The notes: a model not told the origin generated them from the sequence alone. DNA of 64,000 bases from Ignavibacteriota bacterium (GCA_025358305.1 JANYJZ010000018.1:19403-83402), one strand, 5' to 3'. Shown: positions 32,183 to 40,466, numbered from the stretch's first letter. Made by a program: numbers and translations.

Positions 32183-32634
32183 ATGAGCGCGATCATCGGG
32201 ACACCGGAGAGAGCTGCGAGGCGGTGGATGAAGAGCTTGCGAAATTCCACGAGATCATTCGAGCCCTGGTGGTCGAGAAGCCACATGCGGCCGTCCAGGA
32301 TCATCGTATAGATCTCGACCGGCGTAAAGAGGAAGAAGAGGATCGCGGCCGCGACGAGCCACCCGTTCTCCCGGAAGGTGAAACGGCAGGTCGCGAGATA
32401 CACAAAGGCGGAGACCCAGCAGGTGATGTACGCGACGCCGATGATGAGGGAACTCTGCGCCACGAGGCTGAAGACGGCCCGCTCGACGTATGGGTGGATG
32501 TTCGGCTTGAATTCGAGCGTCCCCACCTGGAGGAGGTCGAACCCGACGACGGCACGGACATTGAGGCCCCCGAGCCAGAACCCTGCGGAGAGGCAGAGGA
32601 CGAAGAGCGATATTTTTGCCGTGCGGTTTTCCAT
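32113..32634 (-). CDS. Hypothetical 4-TM membrane protein.
   Basis: 173 aa with four hydrophobic helices. It lies immediately upstream of the GT-C/TPR gene in the same operon. Confidence 0.5.
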   Translation of the reverse strand: MENRTAKISLFVLCLSAGFWLGGLNVRAVVGFDLLQVGTLEFKPNIHPYVERAVFSLVAQSSLIIGVAYITCWVSAFVYLATCRFTFRENGWLVAAAILFFLFTPVEIYTMILDGRMWLLDHQGSNDLVEFRKLFIHRLAALSGVPMIALMCYYTSVAFAVFRPMRRTPRVKA

Positions 32635-32716
32635 TTTGCCGCCCTAACATAGCGGTTTTCCGCGAGAGTTGCAAGATGCGGCAATACGACGGGCGGACGC
32701 GAAGCGAGAGGGACGC

Positions 32717-33139
32717 TTAGCGAGGCGAGCGTGCGTCGAGCATGTAGTTCTTCACCCAGCTCAGTTCGGCAAGGAGCGCCGTGAGGCTGGCCATGGAGCT
32801 CTGGGAGAGCGTGAGAAAGGTGTCGAGGATGTGTTGGCGAAACTCGCCGGGAGATTCCTTGATGATGGTCCGGAGGATCGTCGAGGTCTTTTCGAGCATC
32901 CGGTTGAGCTCCGCACCGAGCGGCACCGCGTCCGCATTGTCCGCCCCCACGCGCTTCAGGATGTGGAGCGCGTTCGTGACAAACTTGGCGTGGAACACGA
33001 GATCGTCGAAGAGCTGCTCGTGTGCGCGCGCGCGGGAGAGTTCCAGGAGCGTCACCATCTCCCGGCGGTACTGAAACGAGCGCTGCGCGAACGCCTCGGC
33101 GGCGGCGATGAAGGCGCGGGGCTCCTCCGGGGACGTCAT
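32717..33139 (-). CDS. Hypothetical alpha-helical protein co-transcribed with the sensor kinase.
   Basis: 140 aa, predicted all-alpha. Its start overlaps the histidine-kinase stop by 4 nt (33136-33139). Confidence 0.45.
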   Translation of the reverse strand: MTSPEEPRAFIAAAEAFAQRSFQYRREMVTLLELSRARAHEQLFDDLVFHAKFVTNALHILKRVGADNADAVPLGAELNRMLEKTSTILRTIIKESPGEFRQHILDTFLTLSQSSMASLTALLAELSWVKNYMLDARSPR

Positions 33140-34617
33140 CCAGGGAGGAGAACAGTGAAGGTCGAGCCGTGTCCGACCTCGCTTGCGACGCTCACGCGGC
33201 CGCCGTGGGCCTCCGTGACGTGCTTGACGAGGGCGAGGCCGAGTCCGGAGCCCTTCTCGTTGACGAGCGGGGTATTCTTTGCCTGGTAGAACTTTTCGAA
33301 GAGCTTCTCAAGGTCGGGTTTGGGGATGCCGACGCCGCTGTCTTGCACGTCGATCTGAACGCAGCCATTGGCGCTTGGCGTCACCCCTTCGCACTGCGCG
33401 CGTTTCGTGATGCGCACGGTGATCGTCCCCTGCTCCGGCGTATACTTCAGGGCATTCGAAAGGAGGTTGCTGAAGGCCTGGCTGATCCTGTCCTTGTCGA
33501 GCGAGAGAGTCCCGGTCTCCTCCGGGAGGAACTCGAGATTGATCGAGCGCGTTTGGGCGATGAGCTGTGCCTCGCCCACGAGCGGCGTGAGGACCTCGAT
33601 GAGGTTCTGCGGCGCAAAATTGAACTTCATAAGCCCCGCCTCCATCTTCGCGATGTCGAGGAAAGAGTTCACGAACTGGTTGATGCGGTTCGTCGCCTGG
33701 TGGATCATGCCGACGGCGTCGCGCTGGCGCTGGGTGAGGACCGGTCCGTCCTTCGTGTGGATGATGGAGTAGCACCCCGCCTTGATGACCTGGAGTGGCG
33801 TGCGCATCTCATGGGAAATCTCCGACATCATCTGCATGCGCATCTCGTCGAGCTGCTGCAGCTTCTCGCTCATGAGATTGAAGGCGCGCGTCAGATCCGC
33901 AACCTCGTCGTTCGTCGTCACCGGGACGGTCTCGTAGGTCCCTTCACCCACCTTCTCCGTGCCCGCCTTGAGCGCCTTGATCGGCTTCGTGAGCGTACGG
34001 ACCATCATGAATGTCAATCCGACGCCGATCGCGAGCGAGAGCATGAGACCCACGACCGCCGCCTCGATGGCGGTGTCCATCCGTTTCGGGATCTCGTCCT
34101 GGGTCCGCATCACGGGGCCGACGTATTTGTCGCGCATCGCGACGAGCATGCCGCGCAATGGGACGGCAAGTGCGTGTTCGCGAGCCTGCACCTCGAGGGT
34201 GTCGGCCGCGAGCCAGCCTCGGGCAAAGAGGGCTCGGACGAAGTCGTCGTACGCGAGATGGAAGCTCCGGATCGAATCGACCCTCGCCGAGTCCGTGAGG
34301 TCCGTCGCGCTGAGCGAGTCCTCGTTCGCGAGGAACCGCCTGTTGAACATCGCATAGAGCGCTGGGTCGTTGGGACCCGCATTACGCAGGACTTTCTGGG
34401 TCACAGTCTGCTGGGCGGAAAAATTGTCGATCATATCGAGCGTCATCTGGAGCTTGCGGTATTCGTTCGAACGTCCGCTCGCGAGCCCGCTCTGCAGCCC
34501 CTTGAGGATGGTGAGGCTGAATCCGATGATAATGACGATGACGATGATGACCCCGCCAAAGAACTTGCCGAAGAGGGAGGAACGACGGCGCGATATTTTT
34601 CGTGGCTGTTCGGTCAT
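33136..34617 (-). CDS. Sensor histidine kinase (TM-periplasmic sensor-TM-HAMP-HisKA-HATPase_c).
   Basis: 493 aa. TM1 is FGGVIIVIVIIIGF. A periplasmic domain of about 150 aa. HAMP is LTKPIKALKAGTEKVGEGTYE. H-box ISHEMRTPL. N, G1 and G2 boxes (LLSNALKYT, DSGVGI, GSGLGLA). Confidence 0.85.
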   Translation of the reverse strand: MTEQPRKISRRRSSLFGKFFGGVIIVIVIIIGFSLTILKGLQSGLASGRSNEYRKLQMTLDMIDNFSAQQTVTQKVLRNAGPNDPALYAMFNRRFLANEDSLSATDLTDSARVDSIRSFHLAYDDFVRALFARGWLAADTLEVQAREHALAVPLRGMLVAMRDKYVGPVMRTQDEIPKRMDTAIEAAVVGLMLSLAIGVGLTFMMVRTLTKPIKALKAGTEKVGEGTYETVPVTTNDEVADLTRAFNLMSEKLQQLDEMRMQMMSEISHEMRTPLQVIKAGCYSIIHTKDGPVLTQRQRDAVGMIHQATNRINQFVNSFLDIAKMEAGLMKFNFAPQNLIEVLTPLVGEAQLIAQTRSINLEFLPEETGTLSLDKDRISQAFSNLLSNALKYTPEQGTITVRITKRAQCEGVTPSANGCVQIDVQDSGVGIPKPDLEKLFEKFYQAKNTPLVNEKGSGLGLALVKHVTEAHGGRVSVASEVGHGSTFTVLLPG

Positions 34618-34823
34618 GCGGTGCGTTCAGTAAGCGAACTCAGAGGGTGCCGGCGGCAAGACGACGAAAGCCGGATTCCTGAGAGCCCTCGAGAGGCGCC
34701 TTCTTGCGGCGCTCCCCCCTTGCTCACGGGAATCCGGCTTCTCTTCGCCATGGAAATATGTTCTCGTCTGATGTTCGATGCGGGGGAAAGATAGGCCAGA
34801 ATTAGCAGAAAGTCAAATGCGCC

Positions 34824-34858
34824 AGGAATTTGCAAAGAATTCCTCCATTATGTACATT
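34824..34858 (+). promoter_or_regulatory. Candidate sigma-70 promoter (TTGCAA-17-TACATT) overlapped by a perfect inverted repeat AGGAATT-N7-AATTCCT, upstream of the cytochrome-porin gene.
   Basis: The palindrome spans 34824-34844. The -35-like TTGCAA is at 34830-34835 and the -10-like TACATT is at 34853-34858, 47 nt upstream of ATG 34905. Confidence 0.4.
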
Positions 34859-34904
34859 TATCGAGCTCAATAACTGTTCATTCACCGTACGCTACGGGGG
34901 TATC

Positions 34905-36065
34905 ATGCGTGGATTTTCGTGCACGTTCGCGTGCGTTCTGTTCATCCTCACGTTCTGGTCGGGGGCGCTCGCGCTGCCGCGGTTCGCACTCATGGCCGGG
35001 GCAAAATGCGGGTCCTGCCACGTCAATCCGACCGGGGGTCAGATACGGACCGACTACGGTCTGAGCTACGGGATGGACGCCCTCCCCTTGCGGACGGGCA
35101 AGGGCGAAGGCGACGACGCCGGTTTCACGTTCAACCCGAAACTCTCCGAGAACTTCACCATCGGCGCCGATTTCCGGCGGCAGTTCATCATAGAACAGAC
35201 GGGCGGTGCCTCGGCGTTCCACTTGATGACGATGTCGCTCTACGGCTCCGTACAGCTCCAGAAAAGGCTTGTCTTCTTCTTCAAGCAGGACCTCGTCAAC
35301 GAGACGTACGGCGCCCTGGGCGGCCCCGAGGTCTTCATCGTGGCGAAGATCCTCCCCGGAGGCTGGTACGTCAAGGGCGGTGACTTCCTTCCTGATTACG
35401 GATGGCGCCTGGACGACCACACCGCCTACGTCCGCGGGGGCGACCTCGGGTTCCTCCCGGGGTTTGCGGGCCACGCAGGGCTCATCTTCCTCCCCAACTA
35501 CAAGGACATCGGCATGGAGTTCGGCGGATATGCCGGAGGGTTCTTCATCACGGCGGGCGTCTTCAGCGGAAGCGGGAACACGCAGAAGATCTACTTCGAG
35601 AACGATAAAGCCTATAGCGCGAAGATCGAGTACAGCGGGAACATCGAGTCGGTCAATTTCCGGCTCGGGGCGTCGGGGTACGGCTATAAAAGCTACAAAA
35701 TGGGGGGTATTCACGCCGGTCTTGGGACGGCGGATGTCGCCCTGCTGGGGGAGGTTGACGTCACGCACAACACGATCGATCCGTTTGCCGTACCTTCTCC
35801 GGGGGACATCAATGAGTCGGGACGCGCCATGGCCGCCTACGGGGAACTCGACATCCGCGCGGTCCAGGGTGTCTGGTTCACCGGCAAGTACGACGTCTTC
35901 GACCCGATACGCGGCGTCACCGGCGATGCGCTGAAGCGGCTGACCATCGGGATGGAATTTTTCCCCTATCCCTTCGTCGAGTTCCGGCCCCAGTACCGGC
36001 TCGCCATGGAAACGCCGAGCATCGACAATAACACGGGCCTCGTGCAGCTGCACGTCTGGTTCTAA
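34905..36065 (+). CDS. Cyc2-like fused monoheme cytochrome c / outer-membrane beta-barrel (porin-cytochrome) protein.
   Basis: The start was re-anchored to ATG 34905 (MRGFSCTFACVLFILTFWSGALA, a signal peptide). A single CxxCH (AKCGSCHVNP) lies about 10 residues after the predicted cleavage site. The remaining roughly 360 aa are Gly/aromatic-rich with an alternating beta-strand pattern, and the protein ends ...LVQLHVWF (C-terminal Phe, an outer-membrane beta-barrel signature). Confidence 0.65.
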   Translation: MRGFSCTFACVLFILTFWSGALALPRFALMAGAKCGSCHVNPTGGQIRTDYGLSYGMDALPLRTGKGEGDDAGFTFNPKLSENFTIGADFRRQFIIEQTGGASAFHLMTMSLYGSVQLQKRLVFFFKQDLVNETYGALGGPEVFIVAKILPGGWYVKGGDFLPDYGWRLDDHTAYVRGGDLGFLPGFAGHAGLIFLPNYKDIGMEFGGYAGGFFITAGVFSGSGNTQKIYFENDKAYSAKIEYSGNIESVNFRLGASGYGYKSYKMGGIHAGLGTADVALLGEVDVTHNTIDPFAVPSPGDINESGRAMAAYGELDIRAVQGVWFTGKYDVFDPIRGVTGDALKRLTIGMEFFPYPFVEFRPQYRLAMETPSIDNNTGLVQLHVWF

Positions 36066-36094
36066 CATTCACTTTATCGCGGATAGATCATCTC

Positions 36095-36505
36095 ATGAAC
36101 GCAAGAACATTCGTCCTTTTCGGCCTCCTCTGCGCCCTCTCTCTCGGCGCTGCGTGGGCGTACCAGCAGACCAAGAGACAACCGAAGCCGAAACCGGCCG
36201 TCAAGCTCGTCTCTTTCAAGAAGGACGTCGCGCCCGTCCTGAAGAAATACTGCCTCCCGTGCCACACAGAGGAAATGATGAACCCGAGCGAACTCTATCT
36301 TGATAGCTACGAGAACCTCGCATTGGGAGGGAAGCACGGCAAGCCTATCGTCGCCGGCGCGCCCGACTCGAGCCTCCTCATGCAGAAGCTCTCCGCGAAG
36401 GCGCCGTTCGGGGACCGGATGCCCCTGAAGCTCAAAACGCCGTTCCCCGACGACACGCTGAAGGTCCTGAGCGAGTGGATCCTTCAGGGAGCGAAGAACA
36501 ACTGA
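36095..36505 (+). CDS. Periplasmic monoheme c-type cytochrome with a PSCyt1-type (Planctomycete cytochrome C) domain.
   Basis: 136 aa with a signal peptide (MNARTFVLFGLLCALSLGAAWA). FKKDVAPVLKKYCLPCH...LYLDSYENLALGGKHGKPIVAGAPDSSLLMQKL...RMP...LSEWILQGA matches the PSCyt1 consensus block by block. Confidence 0.75.
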   Translation: MNARTFVLFGLLCALSLGAAWAYQQTKRQPKPKPAVKLVSFKKDVAPVLKKYCLPCHTEEMMNPSELYLDSYENLALGGKHGKPIVAGAPDSSLLMQKLSAKAPFGDRMPLKLKTPFPDDTLKVLSEWILQGAKNN

Positions 36506-36533
36506 TATCTGCCTCCACTCTACGACACGAACC

Positions 36534-37688
36534 ATGGCGAATTTGACGCACACACAGAAGCTCCAAGTGGATGATTGGCTGCGCGTCGCGGACCAGTTCA
36601 TCCGCGCAGGGCGCTACATCGCAGCGGACGAGATGCTGCAGAAGGTCTTCCAGTCCGATGCGGGCAATGAGATCGCCCGCTCGTACGAGGACCGCATCGA
36701 GTTCCTCATCAAGCAGCTCTCGCAGCGCGTGGGGCTCAACAACGACATTCAGGGTGAGATACGGAAGTACCAGACGATCCACCTCCAGCGAAGGACGAAC
36801 CAGATCCAGTCCGTGCTCATCGGGGCGCAGCGCCTCCTCGACGACGGCTACCTCAAGAAGGCCGCGGAGCAGGGTGCCAAGGCGCTCGTGCTCGACCCGG
36901 AGAACGCCTACGCGCGGGCGTTCGTCCAGCGGGTCACCGAGCTCCAGCGTGAGGCCGGCACGCACGAGGGAAGCGATAACGACCTGAAGTTCCGCGCACT
37001 CCTCATCGAAGCGTGGCGCGACGGTGCGCCCTCCGCGGCGCAGGAAACCGTCCTGGCCCGCCTGCAGCTCGAGTTCCTCATCCCCGAGGCGAATCGGCAC
37101 GAGCTCGAGCGCGACGCGAAGAACCAACTCTACAAGGAGCAGCTCCATTCCATCTGGCTCACCGGTGGGATCTCGTCCTTCACGCCGGGACTTGCCGAAA
37201 GCCTTCGGGAGAAGTTCGGCGTCTCGCGCACGGACTATACAGCGATCGAGACCTCCGTCCTGAGGGAGGTGCGGAAGAACCGGATCAAGGGCACGGTGCT
37301 CGTCGTAGACGAGAACGACGCGTCACTGCTCGAACTGACAACGACGCTCCGGACGAACGGCTACGCCGTCGTCGCCGCGGGGTCGTTCGGCGAGGTGCTG
37401 GCATCCATCAGGGAATTCACGCCCGACGTCATCCTATGCGAACTCTACGTCGGGAACGAGTCGTCGGGGCTCGACGTGTACGAACTCATCCGGAAGACGG
37501 GCGTGACACGGTACGCGCCGTTCTTCTTCCTCGCCGACAAGGTGGACCGGTCAACCGAGATCATCGCCCGGCGGCTCGGGGTCGGCGGGTTCTTCACCCG
37601 GCCCATCGATACCGAGATGCTCCTGGCGACGATCGGCGGCAGGATCGACCACGTGCGCACTCTCCGCGTCGCCGAAACGGCCCCCTAG
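36534..37688 (+). CDS. Response-regulator receiver protein with an N-terminal TPR-like/helical domain (REC at the C-terminus, no DNA-binding output domain).
   Basis: 384 aa. The C-terminal REC domain has GTVLVVDENDASL..., the phospho-acceptor D in DVILCELYV, T/S and K motifs, and ...YAPFFFLADK. The N-terminal roughly 250 aa are helical repeats. Confidence 0.75.
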   Translation: MANLTHTQKLQVDDWLRVADQFIRAGRYIAADEMLQKVFQSDAGNEIARSYEDRIEFLIKQLSQRVGLNNDIQGEIRKYQTIHLQRRTNQIQSVLIGAQRLLDDGYLKKAAEQGAKALVLDPENAYARAFVQRVTELQREAGTHEGSDNDLKFRALLIEAWRDGAPSAAQETVLARLQLEFLIPEANRHELERDAKNQLYKEQLHSIWLTGGISSFTPGLAESLREKFGVSRTDYTAIETSVLREVRKNRIKGTVLVVDENDASLLELTTTLRTNGYAVVAAGSFGEVLASIREFTPDVILCELYVGNESSGLDVYELIRKTGVTRYAPFFFLADKVDRSTEIIARRLGVGGFFTRPIDTEMLLATIGGRIDHVRTLRVAETAP

Positions 37689-38596
37689 GGCCTGCGTTCG
37701 AACGCATCGTAGAGCATCCGGGAGATCTTCGCCACGGCGACGGTCGCCGGATTGTCCACCTCCTCCCCTTCCGCGCGCGACTCGTCGCAGAAGATCGCAT
37801 AGACGTACATCCCGCCCGCCCCGGAGACGATCCCCACATCATTCTTTACGCCATCGAGCGACCCAGTCTTGTTCCCGATCCACAACGTCGAGTCGTCCCG
37901 GAACGGCAGGTACCGCGCAGCGAGTTGGACGTCCTGCTGGTGCCGGAGGATCGTGATAATGGAATCGCAGGCGTGTCCTACTTCGGCCGTGCCGCCGGCG
38001 ATCTCCGACAGGAGAAGCGCCATGTCCCCCGGCGAGGAGACCCCGATGCCGAATCGCCGCGCTTCCTCCGTCTTCTTCTTCGTTTCCCAGGAATAAAGTT
38101 TATTGAGGAGCTTCGTCCTGGTGAGGCCGAGCTCCCGCATGCGGCCGTTGACCGCTTCGAGCTTCGCCTCGTGCTCGAGGCCGAGCCGGTCGATGACGTA
38201 GTTCGTCGCGGTGTTGTCGCTCAGGATGATCATGAGCGTCGCCACGTCGATCAAGGGAAGCGCCGTGCCGCCCCGAAGGTACTGGAGCACCCCGCTCCCG
38301 GGCCGGGCCTGGCCCGTATCGAGTTCGACCGGCTCGAGCGGATCGAGGCGGCGTAGTTCAAATTGATGGAAGAGCGCGACGAGGATCGGTAGCTTGATGA
38401 CGCTCGCCGTGGGAAAGAGCGAATCGGCGTTGATCTCCACTTTTGCGCCGGTCCCGAGGTGGCGTGCGGCGACGCCGACCCGCACGCCCTGCTCGGCGGC
38501 GCACTTTAGGATCGCTTCCCGGAGCGCCCCTGCGTCCTGCGCGCGAGCGAAGAACCCGAGCCAGAGCAGAGCGCAGACGATGGCGGTTCGTTTCAT
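37685..38596 (-). CDS. Class A beta-lactamase-family serine hydrolase, secreted.
   Basis: 303 aa with a signal peptide (MKRTAIVCALLWLGFFARAQ). SxxK is SVIK, the SDN loop is ILSDNTATN, and the KTG box is GNKTGS. Confidence 0.75.
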   Translation of the reverse strand: MKRTAIVCALLWLGFFARAQDAGALREAILKCAAEQGVRVGVAARHLGTGAKVEINADSLFPTASVIKLPILVALFHQFELRRLDPLEPVELDTGQARPGSGVLQYLRGGTALPLIDVATLMIILSDNTATNYVIDRLGLEHEAKLEAVNGRMRELGLTRTKLLNKLYSWETKKKTEEARRFGIGVSSPGDMALLLSEIAGGTAEVGHACDSIITILRHQQDVQLAARYLPFRDDSTLWIGNKTGSLDGVKNDVGIVSGAGGMYVYAIFCDESRAEGEEVDNPATVAVAKISRMLYDAFERRP

Positions 38597-38742
38597 ACAT
38601 TTCTCCTCATTGGTAGGCGTATGGGTAGGCGTAAGCTATGGCTTATTTCTTGAGATTCAATCTCTGCGGGCCTTCCCCCTGAATGGGGCCCGGGTCCGGC
38701 GCGACCGAAAAGTGACGCAGGCAACACAGGAACGCCGAGTGC

Positions 38743-38789
38743 TTGACAATAGCCTCAAATACCTCTATCATGCGTTAGGGACCGTACGG
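38743..38789 (+). promoter_or_regulatory. Sigma-70 consensus-like promoter TTGACA-17-TATCAT immediately followed by a perfect 14-bp palindrome GGACCGTACGGTCC (candidate operator).
   Basis: TTGACA at 38743-38748, TATCAT at 38766-38771, palindrome at 38776-38789. The ATG of the downstream hypothetical gene is at 38828. Confidence 0.5.
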
Positions 38790-38827
38790 TCCTTGTTGCC
38801 AACGAATCACGCGAAGGAGTACGACGT

Positions 38828-39574
38828 ATGTATTCGAGAACGCGGTCACAGTTCACGCCGGCTGATTACCGGTTCATTGCCGAGACGCTCTCCCGTGATC
38901 CGTCGCAGCGCAGGGCGATCGTGCGACTCACCGATGACCCGGTTTGCGTGACGTCGATGCTCCACAGCCGGGAGCTCTTCGACCGCTCGATGACGGTGCC
39001 GCCGCTCTTCCTTTCGATCTCGCCGCACCTCTTCTTCTATGTATTCGTCTACCAGGCCCTCGAGAAGCGGGGCGTCGACGACGACGTCGTCGATTACGTA
39101 GCGGCGGTCTGCGTGGAGTTCCGTTCGAGCGCCTCATTCTGGCATCTCGCGCGGACCGAAGGCGGCCGGGCGCTCTACATGGTCGACCTCCTCAATACAC
39201 TCGCGGACGCCGACCGCGCGCAGCAGTATCAACTCCGGCGCTATATCGGGAACGCAACGCTCTTTCTCACCGGGTTCTTCCCCGATTTCATCTTCCGCCG
39301 GAGCCAGGACCGCAGCGCGCCCCCTCTAACCTACTATGAAGCGATCGGCCGGAGCCAGTACGGCACGGCCGCGGGCGAATCGACCGCGTACGACGGGGAC
39401 GCGGCGGCGGTGCTCGCCACCCTCGCCGAACGCTTTGTCGATATCCGCTGCGCGATGAACGTCTACACTGACGCCTACCTGAGCCTCGCCGGACGCGGAC
39501 GAACCCTGCAGGTCCTCCAGCGCCAGACCAAGACGCTCGACGAAGAGGGCTTGCGGGACTCGCTCGAACTTTGA
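38828..39574 (+). CDS. Hypothetical protein (248 aa).
   Basis: A clear ORF preceded by a strong promoter-like element. No recognisable motif, no signal peptide. Confidence 0.5.
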   Translation: MYSRTRSQFTPADYRFIAETLSRDPSQRRAIVRLTDDPVCVTSMLHSRELFDRSMTVPPLFLSISPHLFFYVFVYQALEKRGVDDDVVDYVAAVCVEFRSSASFWHLARTEGGRALYMVDLLNTLADADRAQQYQLRRYIGNATLFLTGFFPDFIFRRSQDRSAPPLTYYEAIGRSQYGTAAGESTAYDGDAAAVLATLAERFVDIRCAMNVYTDAYLSLAGRGRTLQVLQRQTKTLDEEGLRDSLEL

Positions 39575-39605
39575 ACGACACATCCGTTCACTACCACAAG
39601 ATACG

Positions 39606-39635
39606 ATGAGGGCGAGCCGACCGGCTCGCCCTCAT
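39606..39635. terminator. 13-bp perfect hairpin (ATGAGGGCGAGCC-GACC-GGCTCGCCCTCAT) between convergent genes; candidate bidirectional terminator.
   Basis: A perfect inverted repeat lying between the stop of the hypothetical gene at 38828-39574 and the sdhB stop at 39680. The U-tracts are weak on both strands. Confidence 0.4.
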
Positions 39636-39679
39636 GCTATCCTAGACCATGGGGTCTCCCCCCCGGTGGGCGGATCACG

Positions 39680-40420
39680 TTATTTGACGCTCGCGGCGAG
39701 GAACTCCCTGTTGAGACGCGCGATGTGCGTGACGGAGATCTCCTTCGGACATTCCGCTTCGCAGGCAAGCGTGTTGGAACAGCCGCCGAAGCCTTCGGCG
39801 TCCATCTGCGCGACCATGCCGAGTACGCGCGCCTCCCTCTCGGGCTTTCCCTGGGGCAGGAGTGCGAGCTGGGAGACCTTCGCGCTCAGGAAGAGCATCG
39901 CGGAGGAATTCTTGCACGCCGCGACGCACGCCCCGCAGCCGATGCAGGCCGCCGCGTCGAATGCCTCGTCGGCGACGACCTTTGGAATGGGGATGACGTT
40001 CCCGTCCGGCACTCCGCCCGTATCCACCGTGACGTAGCCGCCAGCCTGGATGATCCGGTCGAGTCCGGAGCGGTCCACGACGAGGTCCTTGATCACAGGG
40101 AACGCCTTCGCGCGCCACGGCTCGATGGTGATCGGCTCGGATTCCTTGAAGGACCGCATGTAGAGCTGGCACGTCGCGACGCCCCTCGCCGGACCGTGCG
40201 CACGGCCGTTGATATACATGCCGCAAGTTCCGCAGATGCCTTCCCGGCAGTCATGGTCGAAGGCGATCGTGTCGTGGCCGTTCCTGGCGAGATCGAGATT
40301 CACAAGGTCGATCATCTCGAGGAACGACATGTCGGGAGAGATATTGGAAGCAGTGTACTCGACCATCTTCCCTTGCGCGGCGCTGCTGGTTTGGCGCCAG
40401 ACCTTCAGTGTAAAATTCAT
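39680..40420 (-). CDS. sdhB: Succinate dehydrogenase / fumarate reductase iron-sulfur subunit.
   Basis: 246 aa. 2Fe-2S cluster [11 protein letters not shown]. 4Fe-4S/3Fe-4S clusters [11 protein letters not shown] and [12 protein letters not shown]. Confidence 0.9.
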   Translation of the reverse strand: MNFTLKVWRQTSSAAQGKMVEYTASNISPDMSFLEMIDLVNLDLARNGHDTIAFDHDCREGICGTCGMYINGRAHGPARGVATCQLYMRSFKESEPITIEPWRAKAFPVIKDLVVDRSGLDRIIQAGGYVTVDTGGVPDGNVIPIPKVVADEAFDAAACIGCGACVAACKNSSAMLFLSAKVSQLALLPQGKPEREARVLGMVAQMDAEGFGGCSNTLACEAECPKEISVTHIARLNREFLAASVK

Positions 40421-40466
40421 AGAGCGTCAGTAAGTCTGTGAGTCGTCGTTGTCGTTGATGTCTGCG

